DNA from: Chrysomallon squamiferum
Lineage: Eukaryota; Animalia; Mollusca
Reading direction: 5' to 3'
Length of the DNA stretch: 64,000 bases
Assembly (NCBI GenBank): GCA_012295275.1
Contig: CM022673.1
Location: forward strand, 16,802,001 to 16,866,000
Part shown: positions 46,437 through 61,810 of the stretch, piece by piece
Numbering within the stretch: position 1 is the first letter of the stretch
How the letters are laid out: each line of letters starts with the position of its first letter
The notes under the pieces: model-generated
What the model was told of the DNA's origin: nothing
Database searches by the model: none
What the model saw: the letters and a program-made list of their open reading frames with translations, nothing else
Position numbers and translations under genes: made by a program

Positions 46437-49400
46437 CTAAGTGGATTCATAAGTAGTTCAAATATCCTTCAGGAATGTGAAGTAGACCAGGACCCATAAA
46501 GCCACATTTTTTCCAATTAAAATTAAAATTAAATTAAAATATCACATTATTATTTTATAAAATAGGTATAACATAATTAAAAGAAAAACAACAACAACCA
46601 AAACAGGTAAGTTTCTAATACATTTTTGAATGTTCTCATTTTTAAAAGTTCATCTAAAATGCTTAGTTTTTTGTATTTATTCCCCCATTAATTTTTTCAA
46701 TTTGATCTAATGTATATTATTTTTCAAAATGGAGTGGATGGGAAATTATTTTCATTTACTGAAAGATTATAGGTGTGAAACTGAAGAGTCCTGGCCAACA
46801 AGCAATGAATCATAAAACATATTTAAATTACCAATTTCAAGCAAAGCAATGACAAAAGTTGTGAAATTTTTGTTTATAATAATAAAGAATCTATGTACAA
46901 AAACATTTTAAATCAATAAAAATACACAATTAGAATCTCATTAAAAATGTTACAAAGTGAAAATTCACAAAAATATGTTACTTTGTACAAGAACAACAAG
47001 ATACAAGTCAACCATGATAGAACTATGTTAATCTGTATGAATGTCAAATATGACAATAAAACTGAAAAATCCATCTAAAAAAAAAGAAAAAAGTACTAAT
47101 AATAGTAAGAAATAAAATAAAGAAAGAAAGAAAGAAAACAAAAACAAAATAAAATAAAAGGAATAAACAGAAAGAATGAAAATATTATGTTATATTCTGA
47201 AATAAATTAAAAAAACTGATATAGCAACATCATTATCAACCATACATAATCACATAATTTATGCAATAACAAGTGTATTTTACATTGTTCAAAATATAAT
47301 AACATTTGTGTATCTATGTACACAATCACCCATGATACCCAACTTTGAGGAACTGTAGCTAAGCCTCACATATTAAAACACAATATAACTGTTTAAAATC
47401 CCAGTTAATAAAATAATTTGGCCTTAGAAATAATATATAAAATGGTTTCCAAAATCAGAAAACAAACAAAAAAAAAAAAAAAAAAAAAAAAAAAATGATT
47501 TCACTTTTGTTTGGTTATGTAAAAGAAACTTTAAATTTCTATGAAAAATGATTATACCAATAATATGACAAAAAATTAATTTTATACTGCAGGTAAAAAA
47601 ATGTCCATATCACAGATGGCCATGGTATGTGTAGAAGATATATTTCTGTAATTATCAAAATGAGGAGTTATATGTACACACAAACATGACATAATTTAAA
47701 TAAGATGTTGCTCAAATGATGGCTTTGGTTGTATGAATTACTACATATTATATAAAAATACCTTTTTTTCTGGACATCACCCAACTATATCAATGTTTAT
47801 TTAACAGGATCATAAAAATGCTTCACCTTAAAACATGTTTTGTAAATAAATAAGCTTATGCAAGACATAAATATTTTCATATTCAACAGGATGAACCCTT
47901 ATTTTCAAGTAAAGCTCTATAAATATTAGTTTTAAAGATACTTTTGACTTCCCTTTTGCTGATTATGTCATGTGTGTGTGTATACCCTACAACCTTAACA
48001 ACCAAAGAATAAAACTGATATTAAATAAATAACAAGTGAATTATTATGTTCAGGTGGTATTATATTTATATAAAAATAATAATAAAAAAAAAAAAAAAAA
48101 AAAAGATGGGGTAGAGTGATTGTGGTTGAGATTATTGAAAATATCAATAAATCTTTATAAAATTATGAAAAAGAATTATGCATATTCATCTTTCTACTGT
48201 TATTTATACATGTATGTGAACAGCATCTGCAGCATCCAGTTTATTTTAACATAAAATATCTTATCTGGAAATCTGGCACAATAGTTTTAATATGTACCAA
48301 AGATTTTAGTATTAAATTATGTTAAAAATAATGTTAAAACTGTGGAGTAATTTTACTATACATAACAAAATATTGCCAACCATTAAGTTTTAAAGATATT
48401 TTACAATTAATTAGATATATGTTTATTTTTTATTTTTTATATAACATTTACAGGAATGCTACAAAATGGACTTGAAGTATATATTTATCAAATGTGTAAT
48501 ATGCAAATAAGTTTTGAGTTTCTTGAATGTTTAATTAAAAGATACACAGAATACCCGTAGGCCTAGACTTGGCATAAGATCTGTATCAAACTCATAACAG
48601 TTACATACAACAAACTTTGTCTAAATTGAAATTACTTTACTCTTACTGGATATCTGTGATGGGCACATTATCTAAACAGAAGTATTTAAAAAACAATCTT
48701 CATAATTTCACATGGCCAGTTGGGATAACAAATATTTTATTTCAAATACTTCAAGATTAAATATATTTCAATTAAGACAGAGCATGCTGTATGTAATATA
48801 CATATATAAAGTTCTCTTTATATTAGACATATCAAATGTTCTGCAAATCAAACATATCAAGTTCTGTTTATCAAGTGTTCTTTATGTTGGGCATATGAAG
48901 TGCTCAGTGTATTAGATTTATCACATTTTCTTTACATGAGATATATTACTCTTTTTTCACATCAGATACAGTAATAATAAACTGGCTGTTCATACAACAT
49001 ATATTAGAAAGATAGAAATATCTGGGGAAGGGGAGAATTCACAATATAGAATGTTTGTAGAAATAGGTATCCAAAATAATAAAAAAAATAAACTCTTCTT
49101 TTTTTATCAAATGACTAGACAATCTGCCATAAAAAACACTACTTTCCAGTATACAGATGTAAAATAAAACAACGACTTCTGATGCACACCAGATCCCTAT
49201 GTGTTTATTTGATTAATAACAGTGAGTATAAAGATTACAGCCAAATTCAATATTAAACATATGCAGCTGGATAAATATGTTTTTAAAACTATCTAATAAT
49301 GCTGATCTTACTTTTCTTGTTTATAATAATTATTTAAAACAAAAAACCATGATTTTGATTTCCACCTTTATTTTAATGATGACATCAGTTTCTCAAATTA

Positions 49401-50496
49401 ATACAATCCAGTTAATTTATGTTTCCCCCCAAAAAAAAAAAAAAAAAAATAATAATAATAATAATAATTATTAAAAAAAACAAATAATACAAGTTTTGGT
49501 TTTGTAAAGCTATAATTACTGTTGATACTTACTTACTGGTTTATTTAATAAATAATAATAGTAATAATAATAATAATAATAATAAATAGTTAAAACTTAT
49601 AATCTTTTTTAAAGTAAATCTGATGAGAGTGATTACAAATAAAAATGAGAAATGAATGTTACAGAAATGATTTTTATTACCATTGTAAGTCTGAGGCATA
49701 ATTTAAAACAGGATTTTTTTTTTTTTTTTTTTCTGAAAAAACAAGACAAAACAAATAAAAGCCTATATTATATGAAACATATAGTCAAAATTTAAAAAAA
49801 AAATGTATATGTTAAAATGGAGGAAAAAAGAGGTAGTGTTATAGTCTTGCACAGAGACTAAGATTATGTTTATATGGTGATTATGTTAATAAGATATATT
49901 CACTGCAGTTGATTTGTGTCATACTGAAAAGATCTCTTCTCCCTACTGTTAGGTTTTACACCACTGATGCACATCAGAGTCAAAACTATATGTATGTATA
50001 TGTAATGGATCTTTTTCCAGTTTAAATAGTTATATTAATAGTATAATAAGATTAAATAGAAAAAAAAAATTTGTTCAAGGCTTAACAGTAATTAAAAATG
50101 TCTATTTAAAACAGCACCAGTCACATTTGATAAACAGTAAATACACGCTTTGATGAACAGAATGTTATGTGCCAAAACAACAATAAAACAGTTTTCTCAC
50201 TTGTACAAAAGCTTATGAAAATAGGTAATAGTTATTCCTATGATACAGTATATTAAACTACTAACTTGGCATCACACGGCAGGGGATTCAAATGTACAAA
50301 AAAAAGAAACAGTTAAGATGTTATACAAGGACATAATGAATTGTATGGTTATATAAGATATATAAATATATATTTATATAAATCTATTTTAAGGAAAAGC
50401 TACTAAAACACAAAAAAGCATTTTCTGACAGGGCCTTCAAGAATAATTTATTTATTTATTTTCATTTTTAATAGTTTTTTTTCCTGTTTTGAATTT

Positions 50497-50527
<31 letters not shown>

Positions 50528-53439
50528 TATATTTTACCAAAATGTATAGACAGGTTTGAAACTAACTGCAACACATTATTAAATGACATGTATTTACAGT
50601 GTCCAATTTATCTACAAAACATTTTTATATATATATATATATATTAAAATTAAAAATAAATAAAATAAATACTGACCTAAAAATGTTGTGTTTTTTTGTT
50701 TTTTTGTTTGGTTTATTTTTTTATTTTTTTTTTTTTTTTTTTTATTTTTTTTTTTTAAAGAAAAGTATGGGGTTTTATTTACTGGAAGACATGAAAGCCT
50801 CTAATAAAAACAACACAAATTCTTGCATAATTTAAACTTTGCATTTCAGAACTATATGCATTAAAAGATTACAAGTGTTAATAAAATGATATTGCTGCAT
50901 ACTGATTTCATTTTATTATTCTTTCATTTCAGTTAGAGGAGCTACAGTAGAATTGTCTGATAAACAAAGTAAAAACAGTAACAAAAACCTAACTTCTGGT
51001 GTGCTCGTGAAATGATTTAGATTTTAAATACTGTATTCCAAATTCAGTATTTTGAAAAATACACAAAACTTCTGATGCACATATTTAACAATCTTTCTAT
51101 TTTAGTTATTATTATATTTTTAGTTTTAGATACTATAGGCTGATCAGAGTTCAAGGAGAAAACATATTTCCATGCTGATCATTTTCATTATAATTTTTAT
51201 GTTTTTATGCAGAAAGTAATGTAATAACTATAGAATAAAATGTATTAAAATGTCATAAAAATAGATTTAATAGTAAAGAAAACAAATTAGAAAAAAATAA
51301 ATATCAAAATCTCTTTAAATATTATAAATATATATATTTTCTCTGACAATAATAATTATGTTAGTTAAATAAACTTTAGAAAATGTATAGAAAAATGAAT
51401 AAATAAGTTGATATATTATTTATATTAATTTCACATTTACATGTACTTTCCTTTCAAGATAGGTGATTTTCCTAATCTGTGTTGATTATATAGATAAAGA
51501 AAAACGTGATGTGGTTAATGTATTCAATGTATTTACAGAAACTTGTAAAAATTAATGAAGTAAAAATCCAAGGCCTAATAATGGGACCTTTTTGAACTAA
51601 TCCATAGTTCGGTCTTTGGTTGATATGAATTTTCAAAAGTTTTAAACAACTTTTAATTTTTAACAAAAAGATACCTGATATGACATAAACAAAACAAAAA
51701 TAGCCTATCAGTGTTCATATTTCTTAATTTCAAAAAGACTTTTACCATTTCATTGGCTTGTAAGCAGTCTTTGTCATAAATACATTCATAGATACATAAA
51801 AATATTTAGTGTTATTGACTGTTTATATAAAAACAAATGAACATTTACTTTTGAATGGAATATAGTTATACAAGACTTTCACATAATAACATGAAATATT
51901 AAATATTTTAAAAGATGTATAGTAAATAAACAGTATTATCTTTGACAGTGTATTTATAAAGGCATGTGTCATCCCCCACTAAAATACCCCTGCAAGAATC
52001 AAACCAATAGAATTTTTCACATACCAGAGATGTCATTTTGTTTGTGATCTTAATTATAATCTGATGAACAAGGCAACATGACAAACAGATAATGAATTCC
52101 ATGAGATGAAAAATGTACATATAGAGAAATGGTAAAAGTCTCCACAACTTGCATAACTACTGGTACTATACAAGTCCAGCAGAGTAAAACAAAGATATCT
52201 TTCTGACAGGCTATTTTTCACATTCTTAACAAACCATAGATATTTATTTAAAAAACACATAATAATCCAAAAAGAGAGACTAAAACTACACATAAAATTT
52301 GACAGAACATAAAAATATACAATATGCCAAAATCTGAAAGAGGCAAAAGCATTATTTACAACAAGTAAAAAGACACTTTCTCCATAAAATTTCTATTCTA
52401 CAAATATCCGACCTCATCTGGTTTTATCAAAACACATTTAGTTACTGAATAACCAAAGACGCCAAAGTAACAGTCACTTAAACTGTGCTTCAGTTGTTAG
52501 TGAAAATCACTAAGGCAAAGAAATAAAACATGTAAAACTTAAAACTACAAATGGTCAATAAAAAGCAAGCAAAAAAAAAAAAAAAAAAAAAATAGAAAAG
52601 AAAATAATGTAATCTATTTACAGAGAAGTTCTGTGACACCCAGTCATTACAAATATTCCATCATGCTAGCAGCACATAGGGAAATCAATTAAAAATATAT
52701 AATTTAAAAAAAACCCTCAAAATGGCATAATTTTTGTGCACACATATATTTGTACTTTTTTCAAATTACAGTTAAAAATTTTGTGATTATTCCAGATGTT
52801 ACATTTTATTTCAACAATGTTTCTATGTTCTGATGTTTTTGGATGAATAGTTATTTATTTGTTTGTTTGATTGTTTTTACCTATATTAATAGTGTAAATT
52901 AAGGTCTTACTGTCAAAATATTAATTATTACTTTAATCCAGTAATCAGTTTTTATTTTGAAGTTACTGGCTTACATAAGAAACAAAAACTTTGTAGCCAT
53001 AAGCATTACTTCTTATTTCAGTTTATAAGTTAACATTGCTTAAAAACAAAAATTTATTTAAATATGTTAATTAATATATAAAATGTATACTTTTTAAATC
53101 AATTTACTGGCCCATATTTATGATTGTTTCCACAATATTAAATTTGTAATAATATTTTCAAATTATTAAAATGATTTAGACACTGCAGTTGTGGTTTTAT
53201 AATGGATTAAAAACAAATGTAATCAAGAGTTGAGGGAGTGATCTCTCCCGTCTCAGTTTGACAGGTCTAGTTGTTCCCCTTCTGTCAGAGAAGCAATCTG
53301 TGACATCACAGAAATTTAGAAGGGGGGGAGGTGAAAATTTCTGAGGTCCTGATGTGCACTGTAGATGGAATCATCTGATGGGTTAATGAAAAAGTCCCTG
53401 CCTGATTCTGCTGTGCTGTAGAACGTGCTATAAAACGTC
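45580..53439 (-). other. Probable long (about 6-8 kb) 3' UTR of the RBMS/shep gene
   Basis: No exon-like coding sequence, CpG-poor, and multiple TGTAHATA elements on the minus strand. The 3' end cannot be fixed from sequence. Confidence 0.45.
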
Positions 53440-54132
53440 TTATATCCATTCATTAAAAGCCTAAGAGAAAAGCAAAGGGAATATTTCAACATGACTTCCT
53501 GATGTTTCTTTGTATCTATGGAATGCAGTTAACCAATCAAAAACACTTGTCATAATATCTCATGCAAATAACCATAAACCATCATGCAATGTACATAACA
53601 ATTCAAGCTAAAGAATACAGGAATGTCTTCTTTTTTTCAAGACAGTTACATAAGACCTCATTTTATTTTATTATTTTTATTATTTATTTATTTATTTATT
53701 TAAAGAAATAAAAATTTCACCATTTCGAAACCGAATTATGTCATTATAAAAACCACACAGCAATCTCTGAATTTAGTTTTAGATAGTTGGAGTTAGTAGG
53801 CCAGTTTATGTAAATGTCCAAAGTGTTTTTATTTTTTAAAAAGCAGAAGCTTTGAATTGATATATTTGTTGTTATGTTTCCAACAAGCATCTGGAGAAAG
53901 CAAAGAATGTTTAAATTTTGTTTCTGTATTGTATGGATGACATTAATATCTGAAATATATATATGTGTGTCTTTTAACTGTTGTTATAAATCAATGAAAA
54001 CATGTTAAAAGATAATAAGACTGTCATGCTAAAAATTCAAAGAAAAATCAAAAGATGCTGAACAGAATTAAAAAGTATATTGGAAGAAAAAAAATTCGTT
54101 ATTTTTGTTAGAGCTCTCAAAAACCAGGTGCC

Positions 54133-54165
<33 letters not shown>

Positions 54166-56548
54166 CATTCCAATTAAAATTCATTTTAAAAAAGTAAGAC
54201 ATTTTTCAATCTTTAAACAATACTTTCACACAAAAATGGTGTGTGCAAAATTTCACAAAAGTGGAGGAAATTTTCACATCACAAAAAAAGAAAATAAGAA
54301 AAATCCCCACACTGCCAGACACTAAATGTTTCTAGAGTAAGTTGAAATCACACAGACATAGGTGTTGTTAATAGCAAACATGATGAAAGTTTCAAACGGG
54401 CCTCGTTTAAACTCCTGTTAAAAAACATGACTGATCCAAACTCACGTGAGGCAGCTGCGGTTGCATAATGTACTGTGGATGCACCCAACCGGCTGGATTC
54501 GACGACATCTGGTATGTTGTAACTGGTGTAGTTGCTACAGATGAATATCGCGGGATCAAGCCTGTCGGAAGCAGGGCAGGTGTCGCCAAACTGTAAGGCA
54601 TGTAGGAACTATATTTCCATAAGTATGTCAAGTCACAACAGAACAGAATCGATACAATTTTAGAAGTATTTCTACAGTTACTATCTTAATGGTACTGAAA
54701 TTTTAACAAAAATAATATTTTTGGTTATTTTTCAAAAAGCTTTTATTTATTAAAATAATAATGCTTTATTTGTGGTTAATGAGGGTAAACATTGTGCAAA
54801 CCAAAATAGAATGAAATTAAACAAAAATGCTAAAAATATAAAAAGTAAGTTAATTAGGATTGATCAGAGTTAATATTTACCCAGTTAAATTGGTTTGAAG
54901 TGTCTGTGGATCATAAGTCAGCTGCAACTGCAAATAAAACAAAATCTCTTGAATAAACAAATCCTGTAATAAATTCTCTTTATGAAGATAAAATAAACAT
55001 GTATTACAAGCCTTAATGGCTCATTGGTAAATTATCAGATTAAAGAATGGTAGGTAATGTAACTGTAGTTTAAATATGTTGGCTAAAGAGGTTTAAGATG
55101 ATAATTCATCCTGTCTTTTCTCCAACATTCAAATATATTAACAAGATAAACATTCTTCAATATTTAGCATATTTAGAATTGTTGATTTATTGAACTGATC
55201 CATTTTTTAAATATTTTATTTACTTTAATTTTCAATGATGAAATAGGGGAGCACTGGAATAATTGTATTCAGGAAGAAATGATCAGAACTGTCACTTTAT
55301 AATCTATTTTATTCAGTATTGGGTAAAAGAATGTTTCTGGTTTGTTTGAAAAAAAAATAAACTGAGCCTTACATCACCCCTTTCTCCAAATAATCTGGTC
55401 TGTTGGAATTGGGTTTTCTTTTTGTTTCCACTATCTGCAAGTTTCACCAGCAATGGTTCAGCACAACCTAGACATAATAAATGTAATACAAGCTATCACA
55501 CAATTCATATATCAGTATAAACTGCAAACTGATTTAAGAAAACTTAATATCCATTACTGCCTAATTTCAGACAATCTCTTGTCATGAGCAACAAAAAAAA
55601 GAACACAAAAGTTCATAAAATGTTGTCTATCCTACATTTTATTTACTAAAAAAAAAAAACAGCTGTAAAATGAAAGAAATCTAAAAAGAAGTTACTGTAT
55701 TTTAAAGTTGAAGAAAGCTGAACATTTTGGCATATGTCCAAGTTACTCTTTTAACACAATTATTTTGAGGAATAAATCAAACTTCAACTGTGTATATTAA
55801 ATTACTCTCTGGTTAACTATAAGAAGAACTAAAAGTCATTTAATCTATTAATGAGGTTGGGAAAAGAAAAATTGTAAACTGTAAAAGATATTCAAAGTGG
55901 AATTAGTCTTTGTAAAAACAACTCAATTGTAAAGACTGAGTGTTCAGCAAAACTTCAGGCATCTATGGATTATCTGAGAGGTATAGAAAGACCTGCCATA
56001 ATAATTAATTTAAATGCATTAGGTTACTGAATAAAATATTTAAAATAGTAAAAGCAAATATAATCATTACAATTTCTTTAAACTGATTCTTTCATCATAC
56101 CCCAAATTATAATTATTAATATAATTATTAGACAGATGAAAAAATACAACTTCAATAAATGACATTCTTCTTAGATACAAGCCTTTCTATTAGCTAGGAC
56201 ATCCTGCTTGACAGAAACAGAATAACAGATTTCGACTACTTGAAAAATTCACATATTGCTAAAGAATCTCTTATCTTTATATTAAACTTGTAATTATGTA
56301 TAAATAGAAATATATAATTTAAATTCACCTGGTAAAACTTTTGAATTAAAGGCATCTATTATTTGATTACACTTTTCTCTGGACTCCATGCGAGCGAACC
56401 CAACACCTCGACTGACCCCGTCAGGCTTCCGCAGTATTCTCGTGGAAATCACAGTACCATAGTCTTTAAACATATTTTCTAAATTTTTCTCTGTAAAGTA
56501 TATTGGAAGGTTTGCTACATACAGATTTGTTGGATCTTGTTCTTGTTG
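53440..56548 (-). CDS. RBMS: 3' part of an RBMS1/2/3 (MSSP) / alan shepard (shep) family RRM protein: RRM2 and C-terminal exons; 5' exons including RRM1 lie beyond 64000
   Basis: Minus-strand exons: 56548-56329 ([60 protein letters not shown]), 55467-55373 ([15 protein letters not shown]), 54927-54881 (LQLTYDP), 54590-54446 ([15 protein letters not shown]) and a probable last exon 53460-53440 (AFNEWI*). All are GT-AG and phase-consistent; the last exon is least certain. Confidence 0.9.
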
Positions 56549-56692
56549 CTGAAATGACAGAGTTTTGACACATATAGAGCAATGTTATGTAGGTATTATA
56601 AAAATTAAATAATTAAACTTAAAAGCTTAATGCTAAAAAAAAAAAAAAAAAAAAAAAAAAGCTGTAGCATGTAAACAATATGTTTCTTTTAT

Positions 56693-56792
<100 letters not shown>

Positions 56793-59088
56793 GTCTGTGT
56801 GCGTGTGTGTGTGTATTCTGGTTTGTCTGTTTTTTTATCTTTCCCTCATTCTGATTCCCTTGACTTCTCTGTCACTTTAAGAAAAGGGCATTTAGTAACC
56901 TTGTCTCAGTTATATAACGTTACTTTCTTTATTCATTTATTTCTTAAATATGCACAAATATTATAAATTATTCAAGCCATACTATTAAAAAGAACACAGT
57001 AAACTAATTCGATTTACACAATCAGCTGCTGAATTTTAAAATTACCATGAAAAATATTAATCTCATGATGATAATAAAATACATAAATGTATTATGTTAA
57101 TAGTAATAATAAAAACTAAATTTGTTGGAGTTATTATGAATTAGAAAAAAATAATTTAAAAGATCTTTTGTTGCAGAAGTTGTTAACAGTTAATAAAAAA
57201 GTTTGTATCACTTTTTGAAACCTAATCTTAACTGGTTGGTCTGCCTTCTGATGTAAATTATTTGCTTGTACTTTTGTTATCTAAAAGGCTTTAAAAATGC
57301 GGTCAAGGCATTATATACATCTCACTGTCACTGTCATGTCTGAATGAACACCCAGTATCTGTCTTTTTGTAGGGGCTTTGTAAACCCTCTTTATTATCAC
57401 CAGGGCTAACAGATACGTCTCAATGAAACTGCACAAAGGTGAAAGGAAACATGAAACCTGAATGTATGATATGGATATTGCACATAATCTCCAGCCATGA
57501 AACTGAATACATTATTTTGTCAAACATCTGACTTCAAGATATTAAATATCACAGAGATTATGCTTTGTAAAAACAAAATGTATTCAAAACAAAAATATGT
57601 CTTTGTAAAGCAATTTTATCGTGAGTATGTTTATGCTTATTTTTATTAAAATACCCATAGTATGGGGAATTTTCACTGTGCTTGAACAAATCCATTAAAC
57701 AAATGTTCAACATCATATAAATTTTATCCAATTAAAGATAGGCATTCTTCCTCATCAGACCATTCCAACATTTGAAGTAACCTCTTTTCCATGTATAACA
57801 GGTTCAAACTAATCCCATACAAAGTGGTCTTACGAGCAGACTATTTATTTACTTTAATAATGATAATTCAAATAACGTGATTCAAAAACAACTTTTGTAA
57901 ATATTATATACCAGTATTAGCAGTAACAGATATGTTAAATTTTTTTAAATTACATGAATGTGTCTTAATAATGTTGTTGTTGTTTTTTGTTTTTTTTTTT
58001 TTTAAATACACACCAGATTGTTTATTCTTGTAAATATTCTTTTGTCACCAGAGATCAGAAAATAATTGGTGTTTTTTAATTTTTTATTTAATATTTTTTT
58101 TTATCCTTTTTCTTTCCTTCTTTGTTGATGGCAGATTGATAGTCAATAAAACATTTTTATTACTTTAATTGCAATGATTTATCAAGAAAAAAAATGTTGC
58201 AGTTGAATTTTGTTTTCTAATTCAAATATATGATTAGAAATAAAATGTCTACATTGAATAAAATACATATTAACCTTATAAAAAATTATTTCCTTGTAAC
58301 ATTTTTAATAATTATGAAACCATTTCTCACTTAAAAGTTAAAATATAGTTTAATTAATAACAAGTATAGTACAGTTTATTTTTGAGACAGGTCTGAAAAG
58401 GGTTGCTTTTGATGGTTTATATAAACACCCTTCTCAGTACACTAATAAAATATATTTAAAATAAATAAATAAATAAAAAAAGTAAAAACATAGGTGAATA
58501 GATAAAGGTCTAAACTAGCTTTTAATAATCAAACTGCTTTTTATATATAATGTATTTCCTTTTATTTCTTCTCCCCCCTTTATTAATTCTTATAATAATA
58601 ATATTATTATTATTATAACTTTTATTTTTTATTTTTTTCATGACATGATTCATCTCTATCCATGTGCATTACGCCCTGATCAGAACTGATATAATCATTA
58701 TTGGAAATAATTTCATTTATTACTTTTTTATCAGTTTGTTTCAAACAAAGAACACTAAAAACAATAACACCACCACCATCAAAAACAACAAAAAAATATA
58801 AAATAAAAAAGAAAGGTAAAGCTTACAAAAAAATATATATATATAATAGCAATAAAACAAATATATAAAAAAAAAAATCCAGAAAAAAAAGAAGAATAAA
58901 AAAGTAATGATGATGGTAATAATAATAAAAATAAATAATGTCAAAAGAAAAGAATTAGTAAAATTAAGCAAAAATTCATATGTTTAAAAAAAAGGTTACA
59001 CTAATGATATAACTTTTTTTTTTTTGTAATATTCAACCAAATCTTCTTAAGGAATAAAGTGTTTATAATGTTTATGATGAGAAGAACG

Positions 59089-59120
<32 letters not shown>

Positions 59121-61562
59121 AGCAGTTGAACAGCAGTTGAGTATGACAAGGTAAAAAGGTCTGAATGCCACTTTAGTACTTGGAGAAATTATTCTTTTGA
59201 TGAGGCAGGGATTTATCAAGGTAGTTTAATCAGCTTACTGACTATGAGACTTTTATTCCAGTGTAGAGAAAATAATTAATTTCTACACAAGTGAGATTCT
59301 CTCTGACACTGACAGAAAACCAGTCCAGCTGCCACTGCAGTGTATAAATGTGATTTGTCAAACAGGGCAGGGTGGGACTGTGTTTCAGAGTGTTGTTGGT
59401 TTCTTCTGTATAAACATTTCCACTCGCTACATAGTTCATGCAGATGTTTTGGTGGACATTACCATGTCATGTTTTTATTTTAATTTGATGCCAAAAGATA
59501 GCTGCAATAGGGTGACATGAAAAATAGCTGTATGATAGTGTGTAGCATTGTCTGCCATTTGTTACACACCTACATTTCCCATTTGATACACAGGCAGTTT
59601 AGAGACCAATCCCAATGGCTTTGATTGAACAGCTCATTCTAGTGAGAAATAGTCCTCTGAAATTTTTATTGTATCTGCTTAAATGTTGGTGAATTTGTAA
59701 CTGTTTTGGATAGATACTGTCATCTCTGCAATATAATAAATGTAAATATTCTTTTGCTTTGATACAGAATTATTCATTTGTTATATAATAATTGAAGTGA
59801 CAGTAAAGCAGTGATCTTATGTTGTTATACAATAGTGATCTTATGTTGTACAATGTTTAACAAAAGGCAGGATACTTCTGTTTGTGTGTGTGTATTTGGG
59901 ATGGGATATCTGCAGTAAAATGACACTAAAATCCTTTCCTTGTTGATGCTTTTTCTGTGGGTTATATCAAGTAAATCAGATACTTTTCAAGGTTTAATGG
60001 TAAACAAGTCAAAAGTCAAGTAAAATTCTTTCTGCTGATAACGTGGAAACTTTTAAATACTAAAACTAAGTAATGTGTAACCAGAATTTCACAATCATAT
60101 TCAAATCTGTTGGAAATGTAAAACTGTGCTATTGTGTGTTGTATTTTTTTTCAAGTTTCACTTCTGTTATACCCCTTCCATTTCAAACACAGAAACTATT
60201 TTACTATAAACTGTTTTTGATAAACAGAAACATTGCATTGTGAAAATACATATCTTCATAATTCAGAATTCCACAGGAGTTTAATTTGCTTTAATAAACT
60301 AGTACTATAATGGAAGCTTTCATTTGTTACTCTTTCAACCAGACAAATTAACTGTTTCTGGTTACCAGTCTAATATGATGTATTATCAGATTTACAACCA
60401 CCACACAGAGATGTATTAGGTGAAAAGCAACAGTTGGCTAAATACAGCACAACGCTAACTCTTGTTTAAATTTAATCAGTGAACTGACAGATCCACCATC
60501 AATTTACTACTTTTCATGATCTGGTTCAAATCTAAAACACACCATTTACATCCACTCAAACACCAAAAAGCTTTATATTACTGTGAAGTTGACATCAAAT
60601 TACCTGTTAACATTCTTCAAGTACTTTTTTGCTGGTTTAAATAAAATTTACATTCACAAAGTAACAAATATTTGAAGAAAAAAAAAAGAAGAAAAAAAAA
60701 GCATAGAGAGAAAGAAAGAAAAAGAAGATAATATTTCAACAAACCTCCAAGAATGATGAAATGTAAAGGAAATCAATTTTTAAACTGTCTGACTATAAAA
60801 AGGTTTCTTATGAAATTGAAAAAAAATTACATTATCTGGTAATATAAAAACAGACAAATGGAGTTCTGTTATTTTCTGAATGAAAAAGCCTGAATTCATT
60901 TTAAAATTAATGATTTTTGAATGTTAAACATTAAGTGTTTTGTTTTCTGTAACTGAGTTTTTTAAAAAAGGCTGTTTTGTATCTGTGGAGTTCTCTTACT
61001 GATTTGAAACAATGGATGTTCTATATATACATAGTTTTATGGACTTTGATACACAAGTTGCAGAGCACTGGTTAGAACAGGCAGAAATGACTAATACAGA
61101 AATTATAACCCATTCTTTAGGAAGTGAGAAGTAAAATAATTAAAATTTGAAACTGCAAGTCACAGAATAAACTGACTGAAATATGCTTGAATCCACTTAA
61201 CACTGAAGCAGATCTGTCTTAATCACTGAAAACAACAAGTCATAGCTTTAACACTGTTCTGAGAAGTGATGAGCTATCAGTTCAAATCTTGATAAAGATA
61301 TTGTTTTCTTTTCCATTCAATGAAACTATTCCACAAACTTTCCTGTCCAATAAAATATGCATGCATCATATTTACTGGTAAGAGGAAGTGTATACAAAGT
61401 GTTTAAGTTTTATTTCATTATTATAACATTCCACAACTGGTGAAAGTAAACATTATTTATTAAAATTATGTTTACATCTGGCAACAATTGCCACAGTGAT
61501 TTAAATAAACTGATTTTAAATAGAAGACTTTACTGCTTCCTCATTTTGATTTATTTATTCAT

Positions 61563-61658
61563 TCATTTATTATTGGTCATTGGATAAAAGTCATAACATT
61601 TCAATAAATTTAATGTTTAATCTTCAGAGGAAACCATCTACATTTTTATTCTTTTATT

Positions 61659-61712
<54 letters not shown>

Positions 61713-61810
61713 GGTCATTGGATATAAATCATAACATTTCAATACATTTAATGTTTAATCTTCAGAGGAAACCATCTACATTATTTATTTATTTATTCAT
61801 TTATTATTAG
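61563..61810. repeat. Two-copy direct repeat (period about 138 bp) separated by a (TAT)n tract
   Basis: TTGGTCATTGGATA..TCATAACATTTCAATA.ATTTAATGTTTAATCTTCAGAGGAAACCATCTACA occurs twice. Confidence 0.9.
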
